A stretch of DNA of 64,000 bases, taken from a virus. The position numbers were made by a program, and so were the translations under genes. Under the pieces are notes generated by a model that had not been told where the DNA came from, did not search any database, and saw only the letters and a program-made list of their open reading frames with translations. The stretch is taken from positions 32,001-96,000 of the IMG/VR virus record IMGVR_UViG_3300029319_007985; one strand, 5' to 3'. Shown here piece after piece: positions 11,147-20,435 of this stretch. Within the stretch, counting starts at the first letter, position 1. Every line of letters starts with the position of its first letter.

Positions 11147-11376
11147 TGGCATACTACGTGGATGTTACAAAATCTGGCGGAGATGCTGTTCGAGCCTATA
11201 GAAAAATCAAAAGAAAGATCAAACAAGACAGGTTCATTGAGGAACTACGTGATAGACAATATTACCGTAAACCTTCCGAATTAAAACGTGAGAAACAAAA
11301 GAGAGCACGTATCACAATAAAGAGAAACCAAGCCAAAAGTAATTGGGCAGATCCAAGTAAAGTAAGACAAAGATAA
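11146..11376 (+). CDS. rpsU: ribosomal protein bS21
   Basis: RAYRKIKRK...ELRDRQYYRKPSELKR matches S21 (R.yY.KPS..r). Confidence 0.85.
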   Translation: MAYYVDVTKSGGDAVRAYRKIKRKIKQDRFIEELRDRQYYRKPSELKREKQKRARITIKRNQAKSNWADPSKVRQR

Positions 11377-11443
11377 TTGGTAAAATAGGTCGTAATCCTA
11401 AAATTAATGACTATATGTATAGTGTAGGTGATAAATATCTACA

Positions 11444-11508
11444 TACGATGCTAATAGATAGGTCGTACAAAAACTTAACTCGCTTAACAATAGGAGGCAA
11501 AGCACATG
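11444..11508 (+). ncRNA. ROSE-like RNA thermometer in hsp20 leader
   Basis: Hairpin TACGA(11444-48)/TCGTA(11463-67); CTCGCT(11479-84) pairs with SD AGGAG(11492-96) with a bulged G, i.e. the ROSE U(U/C)GCU signature. Confidence 0.6.
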
Positions 11509-11961
11509 ACAAACAATAAAGCACTATCTATCTTTAATCAATTAAGACCCGTAACTGTTGGGTTTGATAACGTATTCGATCATTTCGAAAGAATGTTTGA
11601 AGACGATTTTTTCAGATTGCCAACAACTTCAAACTTCCCACCTTACAACATTGTAAAGACTGGGACAAACACTTATGACGTTGAACTTGCAGTAGCAGGT
11701 TTCGGTAAAGACGACATAGAAGTGCAGTATGAAGACAACATGTTGACTGTGAAGTCCAAAAAGTCTGATAAGTCAGAAGAAAAGGACGAGGACGGAAACG
11801 TTATCCACAGAGGAATTTCCAAAAGATTTTTCTCAAAATCATTCACGATAGCGGATGATGTGGAGATCAAGGGCGCCGAATTGAAAGATGGTTTATTGAA
11901 GGTTTCTATGGAAAGAATTGTTCCAGAAGCCAAAAAAGCAAGAACTATCGACATCAAATAA
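11506..11961 (+). CDS. hsp20: small heat shock protein Hsp20 (IbpA-like)
   Basis: NFPPYNIVK, ELAVAGF, HRGISKRFF, AELKDGLLKV, IDIK tail. Confidence 0.95.
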   Translation: MTNNKALSIFNQLRPVTVGFDNVFDHFERMFEDDFFRLPTTSNFPPYNIVKTGTNTYDVELAVAGFGKDDIEVQYEDNMLTVKSKKSDKSEEKDEDGNVIHRGISKRFFSKSFTIADDVEIKGAELKDGLLKVSMERIVPEAKKARTIDIK

Positions 11962-11973
11962 GGCAACAATAGA

Positions 11974-12003
11974 TAGGGCGGTGGTCACATCGCCCTACTT
12001 AAT
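11974..12003 (+). terminator. intrinsic terminator after hsp20
   Basis: TAGGGCGGTG-GTCA-CATCGCCCTA stem-loop followed by CTTAAT. Confidence 0.65.
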
Positions 12004-12007
12004 TCAA

Positions 12008-12035
12008 TAGACATATGTTTTAAATATGTTATAAT
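12008..12035 (+). promoter_or_regulatory. sigma70-type promoter
   Basis: TAGACA-16 bp (ending TGT)-TATAAT before clpS. Confidence 0.65.
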
Positions 12036-12041
12036 TGGAGT

Positions 12042-12353
12042 ATGGCAATGGCAGATTTAGGTGTTAAAACACTAACAAAAGACAAACTAGAATTAAAAGA
12101 ACCAGACAAATACGATGTGGTATTCGTTAATGATGATGTGACCACTGTAGAATTTGTTATTAAAGTTCTAAAAAATATATTTCATAAAACAACAGAACAA
12201 GCAGTTGCATTAACAACACACATTCACGAAAAAGGCAAAGGTGTTGTTGGCACATACCTGTACGAAATTGCAGAACAAAAAGGTATAGAAACAACTGTCC
12301 TTGCCAGAGACGAAGGATATCCATTACAGGTAAAAGTTCAAAGGCACGGTTAA
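12042..12353 (+). CDS. clpS: Clp protease adaptor ClpS
   Basis: EPDKYDVVFVNDDVTTVEFV, IHEKGKGVVG, EIAEQK, YPL. Confidence 0.93.
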   Translation: MAMADLGVKTLTKDKLELKEPDKYDVVFVNDDVTTVEFVIKVLKNIFHKTTEQAVALTTHIHEKGKGVVGTYLYEIAEQKGIETTVLARDEGYPLQVKVQRHG

Positions 12354-12354
12354 A

Positions 12355-12741
12355 ATGAACTTTAATGATATTGTCAAAAACAATAGGCAAATTATAGACT
12401 TTGTAAATGCCTGGCCCGGCAGAACACAACCTTTCCATATAAAGAAAGATCTTTTACTAACGCCATACGTTGGCACACTGGACATAGCATCAGCAAGGTT
12501 AAATTCAATTTTATTAAGACTATCAGAACATCCTTTACTAAAAAGTGAATATGAACAGGACGTAAAAATTTGCAACGAAATATTGAATAAATTTTTCCGC
12601 ACTACTTTGAAGTTAAGAACTTGGCCAAAGATTTTTATTCCATTTTTTAAATGGCGACTCAAAAGAATTGGAGTAAAACATATTCCAAAAATTAAAGCGA
12701 CTTACAAGGCCATATGTAAAAAAACAGATGACAAAAGATAA
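12355..12741 (+). CDS. hypothetical protein
   Basis: In-operon ORF. Confidence 0.6.
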   Translation: MNFNDIVKNNRQIIDFVNAWPGRTQPFHIKKDLLLTPYVGTLDIASARLNSILLRLSEHPLLKSEYEQDVKICNEILNKFFRTTLKLRTWPKIFIPFFKWRLKRIGVKHIPKIKATYKAICKKTDDKR

Positions 12742-12970
12742 ATGGATCACATGGGCAGTGCCAGTAGAATATTGTCCCACATACATTATAACGTTGTTCT
12801 TGGCCATGTTCATAATGCCACTTTTTGTTTTTGGTATAACGTTTACTACTTTTGGCTGGCTGGTTAACTTCCTATGGTTCGACTTTGTTTTTTACATATG
12901 GTACAAAGTAAGAATAACTATACAAAAAACTAAAGGAAAGGACAAGGATGAAGGCGATCGTATGGAGTAA
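12728..12970 (+). CDS. small membrane protein
   Basis: Two hydrophobic segments. Confidence 0.6.
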   Translation: MTKDKWITWAVPVEYCPTYIITLFLAMFIMPLFVFGITFTTFGWLVNFLWFDFVFYIWYKVRITIQKTKGKDKDEGDRME

Positions 12971-13175
12971 TGCTGGGTGTTCATATTGTGAACAGGCAAA
13001 AAATCTATTGAAATCAAAAAATATAGAAGTCGAGGAGAGAAATATTGCTCTTGGAACTTGGACTGTTCAGCAGTTGCAAGAAGCAGTGCCAGGTGCTAGA
13101 ACAGTGCCACAAATATTTGTTGACGACAAATATGTGGGTGGTTTCAGCGAATTAAAAGAAATGTTGGATGGCTAA
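12948..13175 (+). CDS. glutaredoxin
   Basis: CSYC active site, RTVPQIF, GGF. Confidence 0.92.
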   Translation: MKAIVWSNAGCSYCEQAKNLLKSKNIEVEERNIALGTWTVQQLQEAVPGARTVPQIFVDDKYVGGFSELKEMLDG

Positions 13176-14298
13176 TAATAAATGTATTTTACCGTGGATA
13201 GCAGTAGACCGTAATCCTAAGACCCAAAAAGGAAAAATCACATTTTCTCCTTGTTGCTTTTTTGACACCTCTAAGAAATATAGGTCTGTTGCAGAATATT
13301 GGAACAGTGATGAAATCAAAGAACTGCGCCAATATTTTATCGAAGATAAAAGACATCCCGGTTGTAATCAGTGTTGGAATGCTGAGGACAAAGGAATAAA
13401 AAGTCTAAGGCAGTCAGTAAACGAGAGCAGGTTAGAAGAGTTTATAACAAGAACAGATACTACCACATGTGAAGATATGCCGGCACAGGTCAAATACACT
13501 GTTGGGAATCAGTGTAATCTGGCGTGTAGAATGTGTGTGCCAAATTCAAGTAGCAAAGTTAAAAAAGTATGGGACACACTCCAAATAGAAGATAAACTTG
13601 CTATCGATGATTTTGACTGGTATTCCTACGTAATTGAAAATTTTGACTCAATAAAGTATTTGGATATCACTGGCGGTGAACCTTTTTATCATAAAAATAC
13701 AAAGCAGATGTTAAATTTTCTTATTAGCAAAAATACTGCTAAAAACATAACACTATACATCCAAACAAATTTAACAATAATAAATGATGAGATAATAAAA
13801 TTACTAAATCAATTTAAGAAAGTTGTACTGAGAATCAGCATCGATGGTATAGGCAAAAGGCAGGAGTACATACGTCCCGGACTCAATTGGAAGTTGTTTG
13901 AAAAAAATATTAAGTTGTTAAAGAAAGAAAAATTTGACATGATGATTTCTCCGAGTCTAAGTGTGCTCAATATATGTACCTTTGAAGATTTAGAAAACTG
14001 GTGTAAAGAGAACAAGATAGGAATCTCACAACCGAGCATTGTTGAGTTTCCTGTGGAGATGGCGCCACACAACTTGCCTACTGCCTTACACAGTCTGGTA
14101 CCAAAAAAATTCAAAAAGTTTTTGGATAATCCAATAAATGCTGATAGTCTTAATTTTATAAGGAAGTTAGACAATTTTTGGAACACCGATATAAAAGAAA
14201 TCATGCCAGAATGGAAACTTGTCTATGATAGGTTGCATTGGTCCAACGTTGATCAACTTAAACAGATAGATAAAGAAACACAGAAGTATGTTGGATAA
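13168..14298 (+). CDS. radical SAM protein with N-terminal Cys-rich (SPASM/twitch-like) region
   Basis: CNLACRMC, TGGEP; N-terminal CILPW..PCC..C..CW. Confidence 0.88.
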   Translation: MANNKCILPWIAVDRNPKTQKGKITFSPCCFFDTSKKYRSVAEYWNSDEIKELRQYFIEDKRHPGCNQCWNAEDKGIKSLRQSVNESRLEEFITRTDTTTCEDMPAQVKYTVGNQCNLACRMCVPNSSSKVKKVWDTLQIEDKLAIDDFDWYSYVIENFDSIKYLDITGGEPFYHKNTKQMLNFLISKNTAKNITLYIQTNLTIINDEIIKLLNQFKKVVLRISIDGIGKRQEYIRPGLNWKLFEKNIKLLKKEKFDMMISPSLSVLNICTFEDLENWCKENKIGISQPSIVEFPVEMAPHNLPTALHSLVPKKFKKFLDNPINADSLNFIRKLDNFWNTDIKEIMPEWKLVYDRLHWSNVDQLKQIDKETQKYVG

Positions 14299-15280
14299 GG
14301 AACTTTTTTTTAAATTAAAATGGTTAGTTGCAAAAAACGAACTGGTTAAACCAGACACTACAGGATCTTTTAGTTTTCAAAGACCAAAATCTGATTCAAT
14401 AATAGATATTCACACCAGAGTATCAGGCCTCCACCTTGGATTTTCTCCTCCGCGGACCGAATCAATACTAACTTGGATCAGTTCTGTTCCAGTAGACATA
14501 TTAAACATAGATAGATGGATTGTAAAAACACAGATAGACAACATGCCTGATATTGGTATCAGATGGTCAGAATACGAAATGACCGCCATGTCAGACACGG
14601 TTCATTGCGTGTACGAGTTCCTGCAAAAACATAGAGAACGTAAGCCTGTAATATTCAAAGGAGAATTTTGGTACTTTGATAAAATCATAGAAAATAAAAT
14701 TACTCGACTGGACGAACTCACAAAAGATTCAGTTCTCATAATAAGTTGTCCATTCATGGAACGCCTGCAAGTTAAAACAGATATGAATGATATATTACAA
14801 AGATGTTGTGAACTTGGTATTCCTGTGCTTATGGACTGTATATGGTTGCCGCTAACACATGAAAAGATATCTTTGAGAAACACCGATTGTATTGAACTGA
14901 TCACTCACAGTGTAACTAAGATGTTACCATTGGCTGGTATAAAAGGGGGATTTGCTTTTTACAAAAAACCCTTACCAATAGAAATGAGGCATAACGAAAT
15001 ACATGGAAAAATTGGTGCCTATTATCTGGATGAATTGATAAAACAAAAAGGTTATTGGCATGTTAGAGACTCACATGTCCAACTACAAGAAAAGTGGTGC
15101 AAGATCTTTGGTTTGGAAAAACACGAAGTCGTAATTGCTGGATGTCTTGGAAATGATAACACATTAAAGGACTACGGAGCAAAACACATAAACCCACTTA
15201 ATTTATTTTCGTTGGTTCCATATTTTAATCATGATAAGTCATGCACAAAATTTTTAGCAGACAACGGTGTTGAAACATAA
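14288..15280 (+). CDS. PLP-dependent fold-type I enzyme-like protein
   Basis: VLMDCIW aspartate and HSVTK (SxxK) putative Schiff-base lysine followed by LAGIKGG. Confidence 0.5.
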   Translation: MLDKELFFKLKWLVAKNELVKPDTTGSFSFQRPKSDSIIDIHTRVSGLHLGFSPPRTESILTWISSVPVDILNIDRWIVKTQIDNMPDIGIRWSEYEMTAMSDTVHCVYEFLQKHRERKPVIFKGEFWYFDKIIENKITRLDELTKDSVLIISCPFMERLQVKTDMNDILQRCCELGIPVLMDCIWLPLTHEKISLRNTDCIELITHSVTKMLPLAGIKGGFAFYKKPLPIEMRHNEIHGKIGAYYLDELIKQKGYWHVRDSHVQLQEKWCKIFGLEKHEVVIAGCLGNDNTLKDYGAKHINPLNLFSLVPYFNHDKSCTKFLADNGVET

Positions 15281-15287
15281 TACTTAA

Positions 15288-15316
15288 TTGACACTATCCA
15301 ACTTATGTCATATAAT
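15288..15316 (+). promoter_or_regulatory. sigma70-type promoter of the B12 operon
   Basis: TTGACA-17 bp-TATAAT immediately before the riboswitch. Confidence 0.8.
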
Positions 15317-15327
15317 ACATAGTAAGA

Positions 15328-15430
15328 CTGTGCTAAAAGCATAGTGGGAAAGTGACGTGAAATTCGTCCACATTACTTGATACGGTCATAGTCCGAATGC
15401 CACCTAGCACAGGACAGAGCAAGGAGACTC
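15328..15430 (+). ncRNA. class II (AdoCbl-variant / env8-like) cobalamin riboswitch
   Basis: CTGTGCTA/TAGCACAG closing stem, AGTGGGAA, GACGTGAAATTCGTC T-loop, TACTTGA loop, CCGAATGCCACC B12 box, P13 GAG-CAAGGAGA-CTC holding the RBS; precedes a BtuB-like gene. Confidence 0.9.
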
Positions 15431-15432
15431 GA

Positions 15433-17262
15433 ATGATGAGATTAGTTCTTATGTTAATCTTGGTGTGGACATCTATCGCACACGCCAAAACGGAAAGTTG
15501 CAGTTGGGACAACGACGTTCCATGTGTCGTAATATCCAAACCAAATACAAATTTAATAAATGAAAAGGTGTCACCCAGCACGGTGATCACACAAGAACAA
15601 ATCAAAAAACATAATCTTTTGGACCTTAAAAGTGTTTTCAAGTTCCTCAACAACACAATTGCCGTGCAGTCAGGACCTACTGGACAACAGGCATCAGTTT
15701 TCATGCGAGGTACAAACAGCAACCACACACTAGTGTTATTGAACGGAATACCTATCAACGATCAAAGCACCACCAATGGTGCCTTTGATTTTGGACAAGA
15801 CTTCCTTTTCAACGTGCAAAGAATAGAAGTATACAAAGGTGCCGCTGGCGCACACTTTGGCGCTGACGCTATAGGAGGTGCAATAAATTTAATAACTGAC
15901 ATCGACTATCAAAATAACTTTTCAATAACAGGACATAACAATAGTAAGACCATAGAAGGAAACTATGCCTCTGAATACAATGGTTGGCAGTTTAACGTCA
16001 AAGGTGGATTGCATCAGTCTGAAACACAGTCGGCTCTAAAGGGAGGAACTGATCTTGACGGGACAAAAAATAAATCATGGACCGCAAGTGTAGTTAAATG
16101 GTTCAACGAAAAATTAAAATTTAGATCGAACCTCTTTACAAGAAATACTTTTAGTGATCTGGATGGCCATTCATTGGCCCTGCAAAATGGATATGACAGC
16201 GACAACAATCTTTATGCCTTCCAAACTGGGTTTGACTACTACACTAAAGACAGTCTCAGTTATGTCACACTGCACACCCATGGATATGACAGAGAGTACA
16301 ATAGTCCAGGCAACGAGTTCGACAACTATGAATCTGACGCCTACGTATTAAGAGCAGAACATAAAAAATACAAAGATGGGCCTTTCAAGTATGGACTAGG
16401 ATTTGAATACAAATACGATGTGGCCACGTTCACCAACAACGGATCATACAACAGCACATTGGATGGGGACTATGATAACATAGGACTATTTGTTAATTTT
16501 GGATATGAGTTCGACAACTGGGCAACCACGTTGAATCTAAGAACAGATGACAACAACCTCATAGGTAACAACGACAGTTACAAATTTGGGATATTAAGAC
16601 AGGACATATTGCCAAATCTCGATGTAAGTTTCAGTCGTGCAGAAGGGTTTAAAAATCCTAGTCTGTATGAAATGTTTGGTGCTGACAACTACGGATACAA
16701 AGGCAACATGGATTTGACAGCAGAAAACAGTATCCTCAACGAAGTCACGTTCGACTATGGTATTGACAAAAGCAAATACTCTTTGACATTGTTTAGAAAT
16801 CAAATAACAAACATGATCGAATACAGTTATCCAACATACAAAAACAATAGCACTGACTCTCTGGACCAAAGCGGAATCGAATTGTCCTACTCCTACAACG
16901 GAGATAAAAATAATTTCACCATTTGGGCAAACAGTCTCAGTAGTGAGAAAGGCAACAATTCAGCGCAGTTGAGGAGACCTGAGCATAGCATTGGTTTCAA
17001 TTATGAAAGGGTAGTCACCAACACATGGAGTTACTATGCAAACTACAACTTTACAGGCGAACACCATGACATACACAACAGTAATTGGAGCACAATTACC
17101 ATGCCCGACACCCACTTGCTTGATATAGGTATAACAAAAAATTACTATGGAATCGATTTAGGTTTAAGTATTAGCAATGTTTTCGACCAAGACTATGAAC
17201 AACCACATGGATTTAGTCAGGATGGAAGAAAAATTAATTTTATACTTAAACGTAGGTTTTGA
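15433..17262 (+). CDS. btuB: TonB-dependent receptor, BtuB-like cobalamin transporter
   Basis: Signal peptide from ATG 15433; plug motifs SVFMRGTNSNHTLVLLNG, RIEVYKG, FGADAIGGAINLIT; C-terminal NVFDQDY...F; under cobalamin riboswitch. Confidence 0.88.
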   Translation: MMRLVLMLILVWTSIAHAKTESCSWDNDVPCVVISKPNTNLINEKVSPSTVITQEQIKKHNLLDLKSVFKFLNNTIAVQSGPTGQQASVFMRGTNSNHTLVLLNGIPINDQSTTNGAFDFGQDFLFNVQRIEVYKGAAGAHFGADAIGGAINLITDIDYQNNFSITGHNNSKTIEGNYASEYNGWQFNVKGGLHQSETQSALKGGTDLDGTKNKSWTASVVKWFNEKLKFRSNLFTRNTFSDLDGHSLALQNGYDSDNNLYAFQTGFDYYTKDSLSYVTLHTHGYDREYNSPGNEFDNYESDAYVLRAEHKKYKDGPFKYGLGFEYKYDVATFTNNGSYNSTLDGDYDNIGLFVNFGYEFDNWATTLNLRTDDNNLIGNNDSYKFGILRQDILPNLDVSFSRAEGFKNPSLYEMFGADNYGYKGNMDLTAENSILNEVTFDYGIDKSKYSLTLFRNQITNMIEYSYPTYKNNSTDSLDQSGIELSYSYNGDKNNFTIWANSLSSEKGNNSAQLRRPEHSIGFNYERVVTNTWSYYANYNFTGEHHDIHNSNWSTITMPDTHLLDIGITKNYYGIDLGLSISNVFDQDYEQPHGFSQDGRKINFILKRRF

Positions 17263-17888
17263 TGCAAGTTGATTACATAGACAAAATGGGCAGTGATCTC
17301 ACCGTGGTGAACGCCGCCAGAGTCAGTTACGCAAAAACAAAAGAACTAATGGACGCCAAGGATGAGAAACTTATCAAGTTTCTGGCAGAACACAACCATT
17401 GGTCACCTTTTGGACATGCATCTATACAGTTTCGTATCAAGGCACCAATTTTTGTTGCAAGACAACTTGTTAAACACCAAGTGGGATTGGTTTGGAACGA
17501 AGTTTCAAGAAGATACGTTGATTATCAACCTGAACTGTATGAACCAAAGCAATGGAGAGGTAGGCCCAAAAATAGTAAACAAGGATCGGACGGTGAAATT
17601 GAACTTGATAAAAACGAACAGTTTAGATTGAAAAACACCATGGAGCAGTGTTTGATCATATACAATTCACTTATAGAAATGAACGTGGCACCAGAGCAGG
17701 CAAGGATGGTTCTCCCTCAAAGTATGATGACCGAATGGTATTGGTCCGGCACTCTGTATGCATTTGCTAGAGTTTGTCAACTTAGATGTGCCAAAGATAC
17801 ACAGGAAGAAACAAGAGAGATTGCTGACCAAATCAGTGAACTCTGCGCCGAACACTTTCCTATTAGTTGGAAATATTTAAAAAAATGA
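17262..17888 (+). CDS. thyX: FAD-dependent thymidylate synthase
   Basis: VNAARVS, HWSPF, ARQLVKH, WNEVSRRY, EQARMVLPQ. Confidence 0.95.
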   Translation: MQVDYIDKMGSDLTVVNAARVSYAKTKELMDAKDEKLIKFLAEHNHWSPFGHASIQFRIKAPIFVARQLVKHQVGLVWNEVSRRYVDYQPELYEPKQWRGRPKNSKQGSDGEIELDKNEQFRLKNTMEQCLIIYNSLIEMNVAPEQARMVLPQSMMTEWYWSGTLYAFARVCQLRCAKDTQEETREIADQISELCAEHFPISWKYLKK

Positions 17889-19438
17889 AAAAGAGAATAG
17901 CCTTACTGATCGCTCCTCGTATTCAAGACGATTTTGGTTACACGCCTGCAGGTGCATCATTGGTCAAGGCCGCCATAGTTAAAGCCGGTCATGAATGTAA
18001 AATTTTTGATTTTAATGCAGAACTAGAAAAAAGTTTTATGAACAAAAGGGAAGAACTGGTCCCAATAGACAACTGGTTCCTTAATCACAATTTTTATTCT
18101 GAAAAAGTTTATACTAAAATTATTGGCTTGGCACAAAAATGGATAGATGAAGTTTTTGAATATGACCCAACAGACGTTGGCATATCAGTCTTTTCATACA
18201 ATTCACAAAGGGCAACTATTCTGTTGTCGACTATGATCAAATCGAGAAAACCAGATATACCATTGTTTATGGGAGGCGCTGGCCTAAACACTGATAATAA
18301 TTTTGGGCCATATTGTTTGGAGCAAGGCATAATGGACTGTTGGATTCGGGGTGAAGGAGAACTATCTGTGCCTGCTTACCTTAATGGGGATATGTCCCAT
18401 CCTGGCCTTAATGGCATCCCACCAAAACAGATAGATAACATTGATGACCTTGAATTTCCTGACTACAGTGACTATGAACTAGCATCTTATACAAATAAAA
18501 AAGGACTTGTCGCTTTACCTATAACAGGATCCAGAGGGTGTGTAAGGGCCTGTACTTTTTGTGATATTGCCAGCATGTGGCCGAAATATAAATTTAGGTC
18601 GGGACATAGTATTGCTGAGGAGATAAAAACGCAAGTATCAAGATATGGAGCAAAAGCATTTAGATTTACAGATAGTTTGATAAACGGATCAATGAAAGCA
18701 TTCCGAGACATGACATATGAATTATCGGAGTATCGTATGAAACTTAAACCTGAGGATAGGTTCATTTGGGATAGTCATTTTATCGTTAGATCTAAAAAAC
18801 AGATGCCTCCAGAAGATTTTGAAAAAATGGCGCAGAGTGGTGCAGGCACTATGCTTATTGGAGTCGAGTCCGGATCACCAAAAGTGCGTGACCACATGAA
18901 AAAAGGATACAGTGATGAGGACCTACACTATAGTCTCAGCCAACTTTTCAAGAACAAGATCAAAGTTAGATTCTTAATGATCATTGGATATCCAGTAGAG
19001 ACCGAAGAAGATTTCAAATTGACTCTTGATTTTTTTGACCGATACGCACACTATGGAAAAAAAGGTTTAGTGGAAGAAATAAATTTAGGCCTTACTTTAA
19101 ATTTACTGCCAAACACTCCGTTGTATGACAATGCCGAGACACATGGCCTAGAGACAACTAAGAACCATATCAATGACTGGATATGTTTACAAAATCCTAC
19201 CCTTGATTTCAAAGAAAGATTAAAAAGAAGAATAATTGCCCAACATCATGTAGAAAAGTTAGGATACAAAGTTTTTGAGTCAAAAAATTATTTGCGGGCA
19301 CTTGCGATAGCATGGAATGAAGTAAGCAATATAAAAAACAAAAATATAACAAAGTTTGATGCCAGTAAGGTCAAGTTTGACAGAGAAAAAGGCATACTGG
19401 AAGAACAAAAGGATTTTGATCCATTGAGGACTTACTAA
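17885..19438 (+). CDS. cobalamin-binding radical SAM enzyme
   Basis: N-terminal B12-binding Rossmann (VGISVF...MGGAG...RGEGE) then SRGCVRACTFC and IGVESGS; start ATG 17885. Confidence 0.88.
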   Translation: MKKRIALLIAPRIQDDFGYTPAGASLVKAAIVKAGHECKIFDFNAELEKSFMNKREELVPIDNWFLNHNFYSEKVYTKIIGLAQKWIDEVFEYDPTDVGISVFSYNSQRATILLSTMIKSRKPDIPLFMGGAGLNTDNNFGPYCLEQGIMDCWIRGEGELSVPAYLNGDMSHPGLNGIPPKQIDNIDDLEFPDYSDYELASYTNKKGLVALPITGSRGCVRACTFCDIASMWPKYKFRSGHSIAEEIKTQVSRYGAKAFRFTDSLINGSMKAFRDMTYELSEYRMKLKPEDRFIWDSHFIVRSKKQMPPEDFEKMAQSGAGTMLIGVESGSPKVRDHMKKGYSDEDLHYSLSQLFKNKIKVRFLMIIGYPVETEEDFKLTLDFFDRYAHYGKKGLVEEINLGLTLNLLPNTPLYDNAETHGLETTKNHINDWICLQNPTLDFKERLKRRIIAQHHVEKLGYKVFESKNYLRALAIAWNEVSNIKNKNITKFDASKVKFDREKGILEEQKDFDPLRTY

Positions 19439-20022
19439 TGCAAATAAAGATTATAATAGAACCTAAGTTCAGTAAAAAGTGGCCTAACCTTAAGATAAAA
19501 GTAAACAGCAAAACAATGTTCGATGATGTTTGTATGCCAAACAAAGAAAAGTATTTTGTCTATGACACTTCGCTGGAGAATATGAATGAGTTAAATCATT
19601 TGGAAATTATTCATCATGGCAAAAGCGGAGATGATACTGTTGTTGACAAAGAAGGAAACGTTATTGATGACAGAGCAATAATTTTGAAATCTATCGAGTT
19701 CGACAACTATGCTGTTCCTGAAGTGCTGTTGTATGAAAATAAATTTTTTCCGGATTGGCCTGACCAGCCTGAATACATTAAAAACAATTTGTATTTTGGT
19801 TTCAATGGCACTTATAGACTAGAGTTTATAAACGATGCAAAGAAGATGTATTTTAACAACCTCTTGGAGAAAGAGAGTCTGGCAAACATTAACAACAAAA
19901 AAATAGTGCAACTTCCATCCGGTAAGGAAATAGAGAGTTTTGAGTTCAATGGTGAACTTGTTGACAGTGAAAAGAAAGACAACGTGACAATCGATGACCT
20001 TTATAAGGCGGTGACAAAATGA
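19438..20022 (+). CDS. hypothetical protein
   Basis: Coupled ORF; AIILKSIEFD pattern shared with next gene. Confidence 0.65.
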   Translation: MQIKIIIEPKFSKKWPNLKIKVNSKTMFDDVCMPNKEKYFVYDTSLENMNELNHLEIIHHGKSGDDTVVDKEGNVIDDRAIILKSIEFDNYAVPEVLLYENKFFPDWPDQPEYIKNNLYFGFNGTYRLEFINDAKKMYFNNLLEKESLANINNKKIVQLPSGKEIESFEFNGELVDSEKKDNVTIDDLYKAVTK

Positions 20023-20435
20023 AGGTTAAAATAAATTTCCATTCCAAATACAATAAAACCAAACCCAAAATACGTGTATCAACAACAAATACTTCTGTTG
20101 ATACGCACATACCAGGCACAATGGATTTTGAAAATGAATTTGATATACTAAAGGATGACAATCTCATGATCGAGTTCCTTAACAAAGATGGAGTCGACGA
20201 CAACATAGTTTTCATAAAAAGCATAGAAATAGACGGGATAAATTTACAACACTACATATATGACGGAACATTTTTTCCTGAGTATGACAAGGACTGGCTT
20301 GAGAAACAGACTGTGACTCCCCCTAATTTTTATAGGCCTTGCACGGAACTAAGACTAAAAGGAAAATGGGAACTAAAAATAACTACGCCAATATGGAAGA
20401 TGATAATGGAGAAATGGTTGCATGACAATAGATAA
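20019..20435 (+). CDS. hypothetical protein, likely paralog of 19438..20022
   Basis: VFIKSIEIDG...FFPEY...G.W.L pattern parallels upstream ORF. Confidence 0.6.
   Translation: MKVKINFHSKYNKTKPKIRVSTTNTSVDTHIPGTMDFENEFDILKDDNLMIEFLNKDGVDDNIVFIKSIEIDGINLQHYIYDGTFFPEYDKDWLEKQTVTPPNFYRPCTELRLKGKWELKITTPIWKMIMEKWLHDNR

Noticed and set aside
15397-15432. ORF-track start of the TonB receptor at 15397
   Set aside because: Lies inside the riboswitch; RBS and signal peptide indicate ATG 15433. Similar over-extended starts were corrected for clpX, queD, the GH73 gene and others
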